Source of the DNA: Octopus vulgaris
Lineage: Eukaryota
Length of the DNA stretch: 64,000 bases
Direction of reading: 5' to 3'
Assembly (NCBI GenBank): GCA_951406725.2
Contig: OX597836.1
Location: forward strand, 15,128,001-15,192,000
Positions 23,817 through 37,599 of the stretch are shown here, in pieces; within the stretch, counting starts at the first letter, position 1; each line of letters begins with the position of its first letter. The notes below the pieces were generated by a model. That model made no database searches. It was not told the DNA's origin and saw nothing but the letters and a program-made list of their open reading frames with translations. Both the position numbers and the translations under genes were made by a program.

Positions 23817-24730
23817 TTTATATATGGTGGGCTTCTTTCAGTTTCTGCCAGCTAAATTCACTTACAAGGCTTTGGTTGGAGCAAACATTTGTTTTTTTCA
23901 TTCATCCAACAAATAATTACACACTAACATGTAATTACTCAATAATGTACTTTTTCTTTTCTCTTTTCGCCCTTATCAAGCCTAGCCAGGCTCATGGGCC
24001 CAATTTCCTGGTTTCTATGGCGTATGTGTTCCCCCCAGCTGGAAGAAAGTTGGGGCGAAATAGTACAACAGGGGTCACCACCACCCCCTGCCGGAGCCTC
24101 GTGGAGCTTTTTAGGTGTTTTCGCTCAATAAACACACATAACGCCCAGTCTGGGAATCGAAACCGCAAGTCCGCTGCCCTAACCACTGGGCCATTGTGCC
24201 CCCACTAATAACACACACACACACACATATATATTCATTGTTAATCAGATATGAATGACAACTCCAACTCCTTTATTTTATTTTTTTAATAGAAAATATG
24301 TAATCTTTATTTCTTTGTTTGAAGTTTATTAAAACAAAACTCTGCGAGAAATATAAAAAAATATACATTAGGTATTGTACTTAAAAATTGTAGACCACCT
24401 CTGTTGAAAGGGGGCAGGGAGCGTGTTCGTTAGCGAAACGGCTTAGATATTACTTTACCAAGATTATCATAAAAATAGAGATTCATTTCTTCAACAGTGC
24501 ATGGGTTTTGACATTCCCTGTTCCCAACACCACCACCATGTGTTGAGTATAAGGCACATAAAGCAAAGTGTATTTTGGTTTGTCGATGTAGATTTTTGAA
24601 TTAAGTCTTTGTTGCCGTAGTAATTTAAGTAAACAAATTTACGAAATGAGAAAACAGAATATTGAGGTATAACATTGATTAGAGCAAAGAGGCTTAGTGA
24701 TGAACTTTACCTTGTGTAGAGACGCATGGA

Positions 24731-25135
24731 AATTTGTGTAGGGGGGTCTACTATGGTTTTGTTAGGGATGTACTAAGGATTTGTGTAGGGGTCTATTATG
24801 GTTTTGTTAGGGATGTACTATGGCTATGTGTGAGGGTCTACTATGGTTTTGTTAGGGATGCACGATGGATTTGTGTAGGGGTCTACTATGGTTTTGTTAA
24901 GGATGCACTATGGATTTGTGTAGGGGGTCTACTATGGTTTTGTAAGGGATGCACTATGGATTTGTGTAGGGGGTCTACTATGGTTTTGTAAGGGATGCAC
25001 TATGGATTTGTGTAGGGGGTCTACTATGGTTTTGTAAGGGATGCACTACGGATTTGTGTAGGGGTCTGCTATAGTTTTGTTAGGGATGCACTATGGATTT
25101 GTGTAGGGGTCTACTATGGTTTTGTTATGGATATA
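24731..25135. repeat. Minisatellite, about 45-bp unit (two related ~22-bp subunits), about 9 copies
   Basis: atggatttgtgtaggggtctactatggttttgttagggatgcact in tandem. Confidence 0.92.
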
Positions 25136-25847
25136 CCATGGACTTGTGTAGGGGTGTACATTGACTTGTGTAGGTGTGTTCTGTGGTTTTGTGTAGTGGT
25201 TATTCTACAGAGCAGTTTAGGTGGTTGTACATATATAGAAACAACACGTAGTAGTTGTAGAAGTAGCAGTAATAGCAGTTGTGGTGGGTTGGAGATGATT
25301 AGATGTTTGGGATTTGTTAGCCATGTAGATTCAGGGATTATGCAGGATTAAGTAGAATGCTATTCTGTAGTGTCCCTCCCACAGGTTGAGGTGTATTTTC
25401 TTTCTTTCTTTTTATGTATTTTGGTTTCCATGTGTGCAATATGATATGTGGAGTGCACAGTTTAAGATTGGTTTCTGGACATGAATCTGGGTGGTGAGAA
25501 GAGTGAGTGGTGATAGTGGAAGGAGCTTAATCAAAGTTCAATTCATGATTAGTCACAGTTTTGTTTTCTGTATTTTCCAGTATAAAAGTCAAATTTTTAC
25601 AGCCAAAAAAAAAAAGGTTGATCAGAATATACAAAAAAAAATAATTTCCTTTGGAAGAGCAAAAATTCCATGTGAAATACAGCAGGATTTGGAAAGACGA
25701 TGCTTGAATATTTAAACTCGTTACTATAGTAACTTGTATGCTGAAAAATACTGTGACATTTCTGTGTCAGGTGACAAGAATGTAGCAGTTACAAAATTGG
25801 GTTAGAGATACAATTAATTGAAGAAGAAAAAAAATAAAAGGAAGATT

Positions 25848-26071
25848 AAACCTTTAACATTCAGATTACTGTCAAATGTAATGTCTATTTATTCACATTG
25901 ATATGAGTTGCTCATGCATTACCTTGTAACTCCGATATTGCAATTAAGTGATTGTATACTTTTAGAATGACATTGTAGAGTGGGTGCAACAGGCCAGGTT
26001 CTGACAGTTGGAACGTAAAACAAGTAGAATATTTAGGCCAGATATGGCTAGTTTAAATGTTAAAGGGTTAA
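25848..26071. mobile_element. piggyBac-type MITE copy
   Basis: cctttaacattcagattac...gtttaaatgttaaagggttaa, same family as 14737. Confidence 0.7.
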
Positions 26072-26327
26072 GGGCACTTCACCCCTAAATGACAGTCTGA
26101 CATTTCATAATTTCTCCTGACATGTAATTCTCTTTTACAATATTGCTGGGGTCCATTTATTTCACCGGAGAGTCACTAGAGGAAGTATTAGTATAACAGT
26201 AGTCTAGAGTCAGTCAATCATAAAATATCCTGGGAAAAGCATGAATATCACAGCTTCTGAGTTAAAAAATCACGAGTGTTGTTTTTGAAACAGTTGAGCA
26301 CCAAACTAAATGCCTTATGGTATTAGT

Positions 26328-26815
26328 CATCATCATCATCATCATCATCATCACAATCATCGTTTAACGTCCGCTTTCCATGCTAGCATGGGTTGGACGA
26401 TTTGACTGAGGACTGGCTCCAATCTGATCTGGCAGAGTTTCTACAGCTGGATGCCCTTCCTAACACCAACCACTCCGAGAGGTGGTGGGTGCTTTTACAT
26501 GCCACTGGCACGAGGGCCAGTCAGGCAGTACTGGTAATGGCCACACTCAAATGGTGTTTTTTATGTGCCACCTGCACAGGAGCCAGTTCAGCAGCACTGG
26601 CAATGACCTCGCTCGATTGTTTTGTTCACGTGCCAGTAAGATGACACTGGTAATGATCACGCTCGAATGGTGCTTTTTACATGCCACCAGCACGAAAGCC
26701 AGTTTGCTGCTCTAGCAACAATCACGCTTGGATGGTGCCCTTAGCGCTCCACTAGCACGGATGCCAGTCATCGAATTTGATTTCGATTTCACTTGCCTCA
26801 ACAGGTCTTCGTGAG
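26328..26815 (-). mobile_element. RTE LINE 3' UTR/tail fragment
   Basis: Matches 13260-13745 (aggaagggcatccagctgtagaaa...aaacgatgatgat); further pieces at 10420, 29790-30255, 54405, 57890 and 63205. Confidence 0.75.
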
Positions 26816-27159
26816 CAGAGTTATTATTATTATACAATAACTATTGCTATTGAGGGCTGGTAGAATCTGTAAAGGGTTTGCAGTACTTGTATTCAGACTT
26901 TACATACCGAGTTCAAATACCACTGAGGTCAATTTTGCCTTCCATCCTTTAAGTGTCAATAAAATAAAGTACCAGTCATATACTGGGGGAGACGGGATGA
27001 TGTAATCTACTAACCTCCTCCTCTTAAAATTGCTGGCCCTGTGCCAAAGTTAGAATTATTATTATTAAGGTAGCAAGCCAGCAAAAATGTTAGCATGTTG
27101 GACAAAATGCTAAGCCCTCTCCCTCAAAATTTCAGGCCTTGTACTTTTAGTAGAAAAGA

Positions 27160-27193
<34 letters not shown>

Positions 27194-28824
27194 GGGTGGC
27201 GAGCTGGCAGAATCATTAGCACGCCAGGCAGTATTTCATCTGCCATTACATTCTGAGTTCAAATTCCGCCAAGGTCGACTTTGCCTTTCATCCTTTCGGA
27301 GTCAATTAAATAAATACCAATTATGCACTGGGGTCAATGTAATCGATTTAATTCCTTTGTTTGTCCCCTGTGGGCAATAAAGAAATAAAATTATTATTAT
27401 CATTATTGTGCCTGGCAAAATGCTTAGTGGCGTTTCTTCTGACTTTACATTCTGGGTTCAAATGCCACAAAGGTCAACTTTGCCTTTCATCCTTCTGGGG
27501 TCAACTGCCACACCCCTCCCAAAATTTAAGGCTTTGTACCAATAATAGAAAAAATTATCATCATTATTACTATACTACAACTACTTAGGAGGGAGAAGCT
27601 GTGTCCCTCTGGGACCAGTGAAATCAACTTGGTTAAAGTTCTTACTGAATTATAGCAAATCGACAATGGCAGGAAAATCAAGGACACAGAGGGAATTCCA
27701 GAAGAATATTAATGTTCTTTTGCAGAAGGATTGGTTAGTTCAGATTACATGGTTGGGGTGTGGGTAACATTAAAAAAAAACAAAAAAAACAAATCAGTCA
27801 GAGCCAACTTTGCTATTTCGTCTCTCCAAGGTTGATAAAAAAAAAGTATCAGTAAAGAATTAGGGTTAATTTGATTGACTGTACTCACTCTACATTGTAC
27901 CCAACAAATAAATTATATTATCTGCTGTACCAAATGAATACCTTGAGGTATTTACCTGCCTGCCATCAACATTGAAAAGATATGAACATTAAACAGACAG
28001 ACACATAAACTTTGACTGAGACAAGTAGAGTAAGAAACCCTGACTGGGATGTGGTGCTAGTGGGAGGGCACTGAAGAATAAGAAACCTAGTGGAATAATA
28101 AGTGGGAGGACACTATGGTCATTGCAAGGTTTGAATTCACAGTTGTATGTTCTCAACAGTTCAATACTTTTGTAAGAATATAAAAAAATAGAAATAGAAA
28201 TATAAAAGTCAGAAAATAGTAAAGGATTTGTTTCGGTTTTGTAGGTAAAATTATTCAAGGAAGAATAGAAAATTTGACCGAGACATATCATTGTGAAGCT
28301 GTTCAGTGGCAAAGCATAGAGCGTTGTGGAGTGGAGAGGCCTCCCAGGGGGGGGCCATCTTATATGTGTGTGTTTGCTAAGATATGTTACACTTAAAAAA
28401 AAAAGGGGTTGGCCGATTTGCCTACAATATAGGGCAACCACTATATATATATATATATATATCGTTTTGGGATTTGGTTTGCAAGATTCTTTATTGAAAA
28501 GGTTGCAAGATGCAATGAAAATTTTAGGAAAATAAAAATAAGAAAAACGTGGAAATTTTACCGGTGAGTGTGTTACATAATAAGGCACAAAAAGAAAATG
28601 ACTCTCTCCAGATACAATAGTATATATATATATTATATATATGTGTGTGTGTGTGTTGAAGTAAAAGGTACGCTATCTTTAAGGAGGAGTGGGCCAATAT
28701 GGATACCATATAGAGAAATCCCTTTATATGCATGTGTGTTTGCTGTTGTCAAAGGTATTTTATGGTTAACTCTTTAGCATTCAGATTACTCTGTCAACTG
28801 TAGTGCTTATATATATATATATAT

Positions 28825-29180
28825 TCTTTTATTCTTTTGACTGTGGCCATGCTGGAGCATTGCCTTTAGTTGAACAAATCAACCCCAGGACTTATTCTTT
28901 GTAAGCCTAGTACTTATTCTATCGGTCTCTTTTGCTGAACCGCTAAGTTATGGGGACATAAACATACCAACACCGGTTGTCAAGTGATGGTGTGAAGACA
29001 AACACAAATATATACAATGTTCTTCTTTCAGTTTCCGTCTACCAAATCCACTCACAAGGCTTTGGTTGGCTCAAGGCTATAGCAGAAGACACTTGCCTAA
29101 GGTGCCCCGCAGTGGGACTGAACTCAGAACCATGTGGTTGGGAAGCAAGCTTCTTACCACACAGCCATTCTTGTGCCTAT
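28825..29180 (-). mobile_element. SINE family A (inside a piggyBac MITE)
   Basis: Family match. Confidence 0.8.
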
Positions 29181-32100
29181 ATATATATCCACATTCTTTA
29201 ATCAATTATGTATTATGCAACTTTGAGATTTTGATAACATGATTATTTACTTTTAGCATGGCATTATAGGGCAAGTGTGAGAGACTGGATCTGGCCAGTT
29301 TCAACATAAAACAGAATATTTTGGCCAGATATGGCTGGTTTAAATACTAAAGGGTCAAAGTAAAGGACAGTCAAAACTGATGCTATGCCACTGAACTTGT
29401 TCCCCACAGATCTATACCAAAAGGAGATTGCTTTGTTAGCTACCATCATCCACACCTTCACCCTTGTTCATCACTCATTGCATCTACCTCTAGCCTCATC
29501 TCTAACCCTCTGTCACACTCTTATGAAATTACACCGCCTTCCCCCTTGTCTGTATTCTCCCTTAGACTAATTTTCCTGAACCTTGTGAGTACCGGCACAT
29601 CATCATCACCATCTTTTCCATCCTTCCAGCTAATCTCAGGGTAGTCGTGTTATCTCCTATATAGCAAAGTACCTGCACTTATCCCTCCATCATGCTTTAA
29701 GCTTCAATACCCGACATAAAGCCACCTCCCTCTCAACTGTAACTCCGCTCAATTAAAGAGGATCTTAGTCTTGTGAGTTACTTGGTGACCTCACTAGTGC
29801 CAGTGGCACAAAAGAAAGAACCCACTTACACTCTGTAAAGTGGCTGGCATCAGGAAGGGCATCTGGCCATAGAAACCATGCCAAAGCAGACACAGGTGCT
29901 CAATGCAGTCCTGGTAAGCATTAGATTCAAACTGCCTGGTCCATACCAGCATGGCTGTACAGTTAAGAAAATTGTTTCCTAACCACACAGTTTTGGGTTC
30001 GGTCCCACTGCATGACACCTTGGTTAGGTGTCTTCTACTTCCCAGGCAAACCAATGCCTTGCGACTCTGCTAGTGCCATGTAAAGAACACCTTGTCCACC
30101 CTGTAAAGTGGTTGGCATTGGGAAGGGCATTCAGCCAGAGAAACCAGACCGAAACTGATATTGGAGCCCGATGCAGCCCTGTGGCTCCTCAGATCCTGCC
30201 AAAACTGTCCAACCCATGCCAACATGGAAAACGGACGATAAATGATGAGGATGATGTGAAAACATCAGAATATATCATAAATTGGAGTTTACAATGAGAA
30301 AACCAGTAATTGCTAAAATACTTAGTCCCCCCCCCACCCCAACACACACACTATTCGTAAAATGTTTTAGAAGTGACCAATGTTTTGTGAGTGCATTTGA
30401 TAAACCGGAAACTGTGTGAGTGCTCGTCGTGTGTGTGTATGTGTTATGTACATGTGCACGTTTTTGTGTTTCGTGCTGCCAGGCAACCGGTGTCGGTTTG
30501 CGTCCCCGTAAACTAGCGGTTCGATAAATATGCAGCGATAAAATTACCAGATAAAATAAGTACCAAAAAGCACGGTGGGAAGGTGACGATTTGATTGCCT
30601 AAATACTTTAAGGCAAGTGCTTCAAGCATGGCCGCAATCCTGTAAGTGCAGGAGTAAAAGAAAGAAAAGAAAAACAGAGGCAAACTATGGTGTTACTAAT
30701 CAGCTGGTTGTCAACCGCACTCGTCGTTGAAACCTTCACCTTTTTCATCATTGCTTAACATTTTGGATCGCTGTGCCATTTAAACACATTGACAAAGATT
30801 TGCCCGTCTCTTCCCCGCCATTCCCAACCAGCAGTCGTTGTCCTCTTGAATGTCGTTTAGCTGCTGACAGGCAAATATGTTACTAAATATACGACCCACC
30901 TACGCAGCACGCCTCGATATTAGACAGGGATTGGTACGCTACACTGTTGTTGTGATTGTCGATGTAGCATAGCTGGCGACACACACACACACACACAAAA
31001 ATAAAAAGAAATTTAAAGACAGCTAGCCCAAAACTATTCATATAACTCACAATAACCAACGAGGTTGTTTAAACATCCACACACATTATTTAGATTAGAT
31101 CGTGGGTGTTTTTAAAGAACAGTCGATACATAGAAGTTGAAAGAATTAAATATTTACAAAAATATAGCACTTTATAATAATAATTTCCAGTCCAGTAAAG
31201 CGTCATATATATATATATACGTAACACATATGCACACAGCCAGACTCACATACGTCATGTAAATGTCAAAATTAAAGAGTTCATTTTAATTTCACATATG
31301 CTGTGCAACAAATGTGATGGTTGAGGCTGATATATATACACACATTTTCTTATTGGTGCCAAACGCATAGATATGTATTCATAAAGTAATAAAAGCAAAT
31401 GGGTGTACAAAAAAAATATATAAATAAATACATTAGAAAGCTTCCTTAATACTGTTGTATACTTCCAGGAATTTCGAGCTTTTTCTTTTTCAATGATTTC
31501 CGGTTTTTGTAATGGTCTTTTATCCAGTTTGTGTGTGTACAAGAACATTAAAAAAAACCTGTATGTTGGATCGTAAGTGGATATTTCTGTGCTCTGGCTT
31601 TTATTATAGTTGACATGGGGGAATGTTAAAAAGTTCTGCTGAGCAATTCTGATTCGTTCAAGCCATAAAAATCTTGAGAGCAAAATATACAAATATTGAT
31701 CTGTAGAGAGAAATTGAAACCGGGTCCTAAATTTGGTAGTCAGGAGCATTAGCAGTGACGGCGCCACGAATGTACGCCAGTGCGTTAGCAATTAATTACA
31801 TTGATATCAATATACTACTGAGATCGATACTATCGATCTCCAACATAGTTTGGATTCAGAACACAAAAAAGTTCAATTCCAAAAAGTATTTTGTTTGGTG
31901 TTTTACCGATTCGTGCCAGCAACAATCTTTCTGATAATAAAACAGTAATAACACTGTACAATTGACATTTGTTTTGCAGTTAGTGTTCCGTGTAGTCAAT
32001 AACAATGCGGGTACCTCTCGTTTGGGATAATAGAAAATGGGTGTGTGAAAGAAAGAAAGAGAGACAGACAGACAGACACATAGATGCAATGTCAAAGAAA

Positions 32101-32325
32101 GATGGTTGGGAAGCGAGGAAAAAATGAGATGAAAAAGGCTGTAAGAAGTATAGAGAGAAGAGGGTAACAATTCGTCTAGATATAACGAGAGATTTTGAAG
32201 TTGAGACGAAAGGGAGTGTTGTTGATTCTTTTTTTTTTGGCTGTCTCGACCATGATCCGTCCAATCAATATATACTTACATATATTATACAACTTCAGTG
32301 TAAATGGAGAATTCTTTCACGAAAA

Positions 32326-32919
32326 TTAATTTTCAGAAGCAATTTTTTTCATTACACTTAGAACGTTCGACAGAATGCCGTGGCGATTCTCTTTGGTTAC
32401 TGTAAAAATCTTTACATCCGTTCGGTTCCGTACTTGTTCCACCAAGGGAATCGGCCGTCCTTTTCTCGCCGGAATCGTGGCAAAAACTTTCGACCGTGGA
32501 TCGTCCAACCGACTGAGCACGGCTTGGTGGAATCCTCGGCTGTAGGCTTCTAATTTTCCGATTTCGTCTATAACAGTTATTCCGGTATTGCTAGCATGCA
32601 ACAGAGGCAAAACGAATTCTTCGAACTCTTCCACTTGCACGAGATAGCGACCACTTCGGTTAGGATCATGACGGTTGAGGAAACCTCCTTCGTCGTCCAC
32701 TCGCGACAGCTTTGCCCTTTCTTTGTTCAGGCTGACCACATCATAGCCTTTTCCTCGACCAAAATGTCGAACTTTTTCCCTGTAAAATCCATGAAGTGCA
32801 AAACCCTGTTTCTCCAATTCCTCGCAAGCTTTCTGTAATACGGTTGTCTTGCCCACGCCCCGTGCACCAGTGATTAGAACGTGTCTGATCTCAGACTCGA
32901 CTGCCTCACACTCCGCCAT
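32326..32919 (-). CDS. NTPCR: Cancer-related nucleoside triphosphatase (THEP1/NTPase_1 family), single coding exon, 197 aa
   Basis: Walker A GARGVGKT, GFY..E..R..G...G.DVV, Walker B VIDEIGKLE, ATIP and TKENR motifs; start in GCATGG context. Confidence 0.93.
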   Translation of the reverse strand: MAECEAVESEIRHVLITGARGVGKTTVLQKACEELEKQGFALHGFYREKVRHFGRGKGYDVVSLNKERAKLSRVDDEGGFLNRHDPNRSGRYLVQVEEFEEFVLPLLHASNTGITVIDEIGKLEAYSRGFHQAVLSRLDDPRSKVFATIPARKGRPIPLVEQVRNRTDVKIFTVTKENRHGILSNVLSVMKKIASEN

Positions 32920-33975
32920 GCTTCAAAAGGTCTTGAGAAATTCCTCAAGGATGGGAGGATCACCAATCGATAGACAAGGGACGTAACTCTCATTTGTCGT
33001 ACTAAACGGATTTGCTACGTTTTAGATGACGTCAAGGAAATTTTTTATTTTAATTTTATACATTATACACATATTATATAGCTTTTGTTGCAATTCAGTT
33101 TGGCGGAACGTTGACAACCACATACACCCACGCATCTCTCGCTCTCCCTCTCTCTCTCTTTCTCTCTATCACACACATACACAGGCATATAGACTTGACC
33201 TGAGATGGGGTGAGGAGTTTTTTACTGGATTTTTGACTTTGAGAAGTTTTTTTTTTTAAATGCTCACCACCTTACAAAAACTATATCAACTAAGCAAATA
33301 GCCTTCCTTAAATGCATTAAAAATATTATAACATAACGTGATCACTATTCCGCCGTTCTCTTTGAGCATATAAAAGTCAAATTTGTCCGGGGCAAAATGA
33401 GTAAGCCAAGATCAGGTAAATTTGCTGCTTCAATTCTCCAGAAAACAGACTTATACACATCAATATCTCTTTTTAGACATCAGAAAGGTCAGGAATGCGA
33501 ATAAATAAATAAATAAATAGACAAATATCTCGGTCAAATGAAAGAGGTTCAGGGGAAAATAGTACATGGTATGAAATTAATGAAACTGGATTAAAAATAA
33601 ACGAAAAATTAGAAATTACTCGTTTTACCCCGATTACTAATTTTGCCCCACTCCCAATATCTTCCATTTGTTTCAGTCATTGGGCTGCGGCCATGCTGGG
33701 GCACCGACTCGGAGGATTTTGGTCGAACGAATCGATCTCAGTCTCGTTTTTATTTTTAAGCATGATACTCATTCAATTGATTTCGTTTACTGAACCGCTA
33801 AGTTACATGGCATAAGCTACGGTTGTCAGGCTATGGTAGCACGCACACACAGACATAAAGTCCACCAAGGAAAAATCTATATAAATATTTTAATTCAGTG
33901 TTACTGCAATTTATTCAGTGTATCGCACTTCGATAGAACATCGAAAGAGGTATTTATATTTATAAAGGTATTTAT

Positions 33976-34139
33976 AGGCGCAGGAGTGGCTGTGTGGTAA
34001 GTAGCTTGATAAACAACCACATGGTTCCGGGTTCAGTCCCACTGCGTGGCACCTTGGGCAAGTGTCTTCTATTATAGCCTCGGGCCGACCAAAGCCTTAT
34101 GAGTGGATTTGGTAGACGGAAACTGAAAGAAGCCCGTCG

Positions 34140-34177
<38 letters not shown>

Positions 34178-34387
34178 TTTGTGTGTCTGTTTGTCCCCCT
34201 AGCATTGCTTGACAACCGATGCTGGTGTGTTTATGTCCCCGTTACTTAGCGATTCAGCAAAAGAGACCGATAGAATAAGTACTGGGCTTACAAAGAATAA
34301 GTCCCGGGGTCGAGTTGCTCGATTAAAGGCGGTGCTCCAGCATGGCCGCAGTCAAATGACTGAAACAAGTAAAAGAGTAAAAGAGTA
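33976..34387 (+). mobile_element. SINE family A
   Basis: Full length, ggcgcaggagtggctgtgtgg head. Confidence 0.85.
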
Positions 34388-34653
34388 ATACAAGTTAAAT
34401 ATTTATACAGATTTTTCCTTTCCTGAAGTATGTATATTCTATGACGAGCTTCTTTCAGTTTCCGTCTACCAAATCCACTCACCATGCTTTGGTGTGCCCG
34501 CGGCTGTAGAAGAAGACACTTGCCCAAAGTGTCGTGCTGTGGGACTGAATGGTTGGGAAGCAAACTAAACAGCCACGCCTCTGTGCGTGTGTGTATAAGA
34601 TATATATGTATGTATATGTACGAATCGTGCCCTGTACACACTATACATAGTGT

Positions 34654-35043
34654 GTGGAGGCGCAATGGCCCAGTGGTTAGGGCAGCGGACTCGCGGTCAT
34701 AGGATCGCGGTTTCGATTCCCAGACCGGGCGTTGTGAGTGTTTATTGAGTGAAAACACCTAAAAGCTCCACGAGGCTCCGGCAGGCGACGGTGGTGATCC
34801 CTGCTGTACTCTTTCACCACAACTTTCTCTCTCTCTCTTACTTCCTGTTTCTGTTGTACCTGTATTTCAAAAGGGCCGGCCTTGTCACTCTCTGTGTCAC
34901 GCTGAATATCCCCGAGAACTACGTTAAGGGTACACGTGTCTGTGGAGTGCTCAGCCACTTACACGTTAATTTCACGAGCAGGCTGTTCCGTTGATTCGGA
35001 TCAACCGGAACCCTCATCGTCGTAACCGACGGAGTGCTTCCAC
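34654..35043 (+). mobile_element. tRNA-derived SINE family C, full length
   Basis: Head tggcccagtggttagggcagcggactcgcgg...gtttcgattccc; TSD atacatagtgt on both sides. Confidence 0.88.
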
Positions 35044-35509
35044 ATACATAGTGTAAAAACTCAATACTTTGGGTAGAATAACCAGATATATCTATTATGT
35101 CAAAAAATGAGTCTAGCCGTGTTTTGCCTGACGGCTGATCGCGACTGAATGACAAGTGAAATTCATTCATTGTCGTTGTTATCCCATGTCACGTAAATAT
35201 AAAGTAACACAATTAGAGGATCTTAAGCCAAGAGAAAAAGATGTTTTATAAACACATTCTACCAGTATACGAAGTTTAAAATTTTTTAGTTACATAGAAA
35301 TTATTTTAAAAATCTGCCGGTCAAAGTGAAAAGATTCCAATTAGATACTACACTAAAGGTTATTGAAGTAGAAAGAGAAATGAAAAAGTCCGCGCGAGTA
35401 TTTGTTTTTAAGAGTATAAATAATTGAAGTCTTTTTAAAAGTCTTTTTAATGTCTGCATGTCATAAATTCAAAGGAATTAGTTGTCGTTTTTAATTATTT
35501 ATAAATATT

Positions 35510-35925
35510 AGGCGTAGGAGTGGCTGTGTGGTAAGTAGCTTGTTTACCAACCACATGGCTCCGGGTTCAGTCCCACTGCGTGGCACCTTGGGCAAGTATC
35601 TTCTACTATAGCCTCGGGTCGACCAAAGCCTTGTGAGTGGATTTGGTAGACGGAAACTGAAAGAAGCCCGTCGTATATATATGAATATATATATATATGT
35701 GTGTGTATATATATGTTTGTGTGTCTGTGTTTGTCCCCCCAACATCACTTGACAACCGATGCTGGTGTGTTTACGTCACCGTAACTTAGCGGTTCGGCAA
35801 AATTGACCAATAGAATAAGTACTTGGCTTACAAAGAATAAGTCCTGGGGTCGATTTGCTCGACTAAAGGCGGTGCTCCAGCATGGCCACAGTCAAATGAC
35901 TGAAACAAGTAAAAGAGTAAAGAGT
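35510..35925 (+). mobile_element. SINE family A
   Basis: Full length. Confidence 0.85.
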
Positions 35926-37180
35926 TGTATTTCTTCATGACTTAACACTGCCGACTTTAAAAATCAAAATGAATCAATGTGACAAAATTTGTCATCTAAA
36001 ATTGAAATATGCATAACGTTTTTAAAACAAAGACGGACACAGTAAAATCATGGAAAATATAGAGAAACTGTCGAATTGTTAAATGTTTAGGTGGATGATA
36101 TTATAGGGGCGTCACTTGCCGCTTTCCCATGCCATTATCCAGTGTCAATTTTTATTTAACCCCTTCAGCATTCAGGTTACTCTGTCAAATGTCATGCTTA
36201 TTTTTTTCTCATTGTTTTGAATTAATCGTGCGTTGTCTTGTAGCTTCGAGATTACGACGACGCGAATGTTTATTTTTAGAATGATAATGCAGGGTAGGTG
36301 TGAAAGGCCGGATCCAGCTGGTCTGAACTTAAAATATGTGGAATATTAGAGCCAGGAAAAAAAAAGGTACCAGCGGTAGATCGGGGCTTGTGGGGTCGGA
36401 GTGTGGCCTGATCATCGCTTCATTTGTATTGTTAATTCCATTCGATTTTTATATATTGTATCTAAATTTTTAAAGTCACATTATATGTAAAATCATATCG
36501 CTTCACTGATTCCGTCAGTTGTTCTGTCCATTTCTCTGTTTGGACCCCGGTGGGCAATAAAGAAATTGGAATATTAGAGCCAGATATGATCAGTTTAAAT
36601 GCTAAAGGGTTAAACAGTTGAAACAAGAAACTGAGGTAATCACTCAAATATTTGCTGCTCCCCGTGGGTAGTTTGAAAAGTTTAAGAAGGATTTAATTGT
36701 CATAACATTTAATTAACAAGGTTATCAACAATGAAAACTACATAAAAATATCCAATCTAACTGAAGGGTCAACACAAAGCGGTAAATATTCAATAAATTT
36801 AATGTTTGGTGTAAATGATTGTGGGTTATTTTTGAAGAGGTTATCCACTGAAATGATTTATTTCAAAGAAGGAAAAAGGGTATCAGATTATAAAGTACAA
36901 AAGATCGTTTCACATTGTTGACGGGAGCAAATATCACTTGAGATTTGAAATTTAAGCCATTGTATGCTTAACGTGCTGACAAAGTGTCTCCAAATCTGTT
37001 GGCCTGTTACAGGGAAGTTTAGCAGAAAAGCTGGGTCATACAGAAATTGTGTTCTGATTGGTTCGTTGAGCGTTTCTGTCTTACTCTCGAATTTTATACC
37101 AAGTAAACTAATTTTATATCTAATAGAGTTTTTGGACGACGTTCGTGGTCATTCCTAAAAGTTCGATTTACTCTAAACAT

Positions 37181-37568
37181 GGATGGAAGCACTCCGTCGG
37201 TTACGACGACGAGGGTTCCGGTTGATCCGAATCAACGGAACAGCCTGCTCGTGAAATTAACGTGTAAGTGGCTGAGCACTCCACAGACACGTGCACCCTT
37301 AACATAGTTCTCAGGGATATTCAGCGTGACACAGAGAGTGACAAGGCCGGCCCCTTGAAATACAGGTACAACAGAAACAGGAAGTAAGAGTGAGAGAAAG
37401 TTGTGGTGAAAGAGTACAGCAGGGATCACCACCATCCCTGCCGGAGCATCGTGGAGCTTTAGGTGTTTTCGCTCAATAAACACTCACAACGCCCGGTCTG
37501 GGAATCGAAACCGCGATCCTACGACCGCGAGTCCGCTGCCCTAACCACTGGGCCATTGCACCTCCATC
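37181..37568 (-). mobile_element. SINE family C, full length
   Basis: Reverse complement of the 34654 copy; TSD ctaaacat. Confidence 0.88.
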
Positions 37569-37599
37569 CTAAACATACACACCTCTTCAAGTCGCTTTC

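Noticed and set aside
28067-28095. CTGAAGA-ataa-GAAA as a hammerhead
   Set aside because: No stem II, no stem I pairing, and G at the cleavage position.
31255-31791. 178-aa ORF downstream of NTPCR (likewise 27989-28588)
   Set aside because: No recognisable domain and AT-rich UTR or repeat-like composition.
34654-34730. tRNA gene
   Set aside because: The tRNA-like head continues into a SINE body with a TSD; cloverleaf imperfect; multiple dispersed copies.
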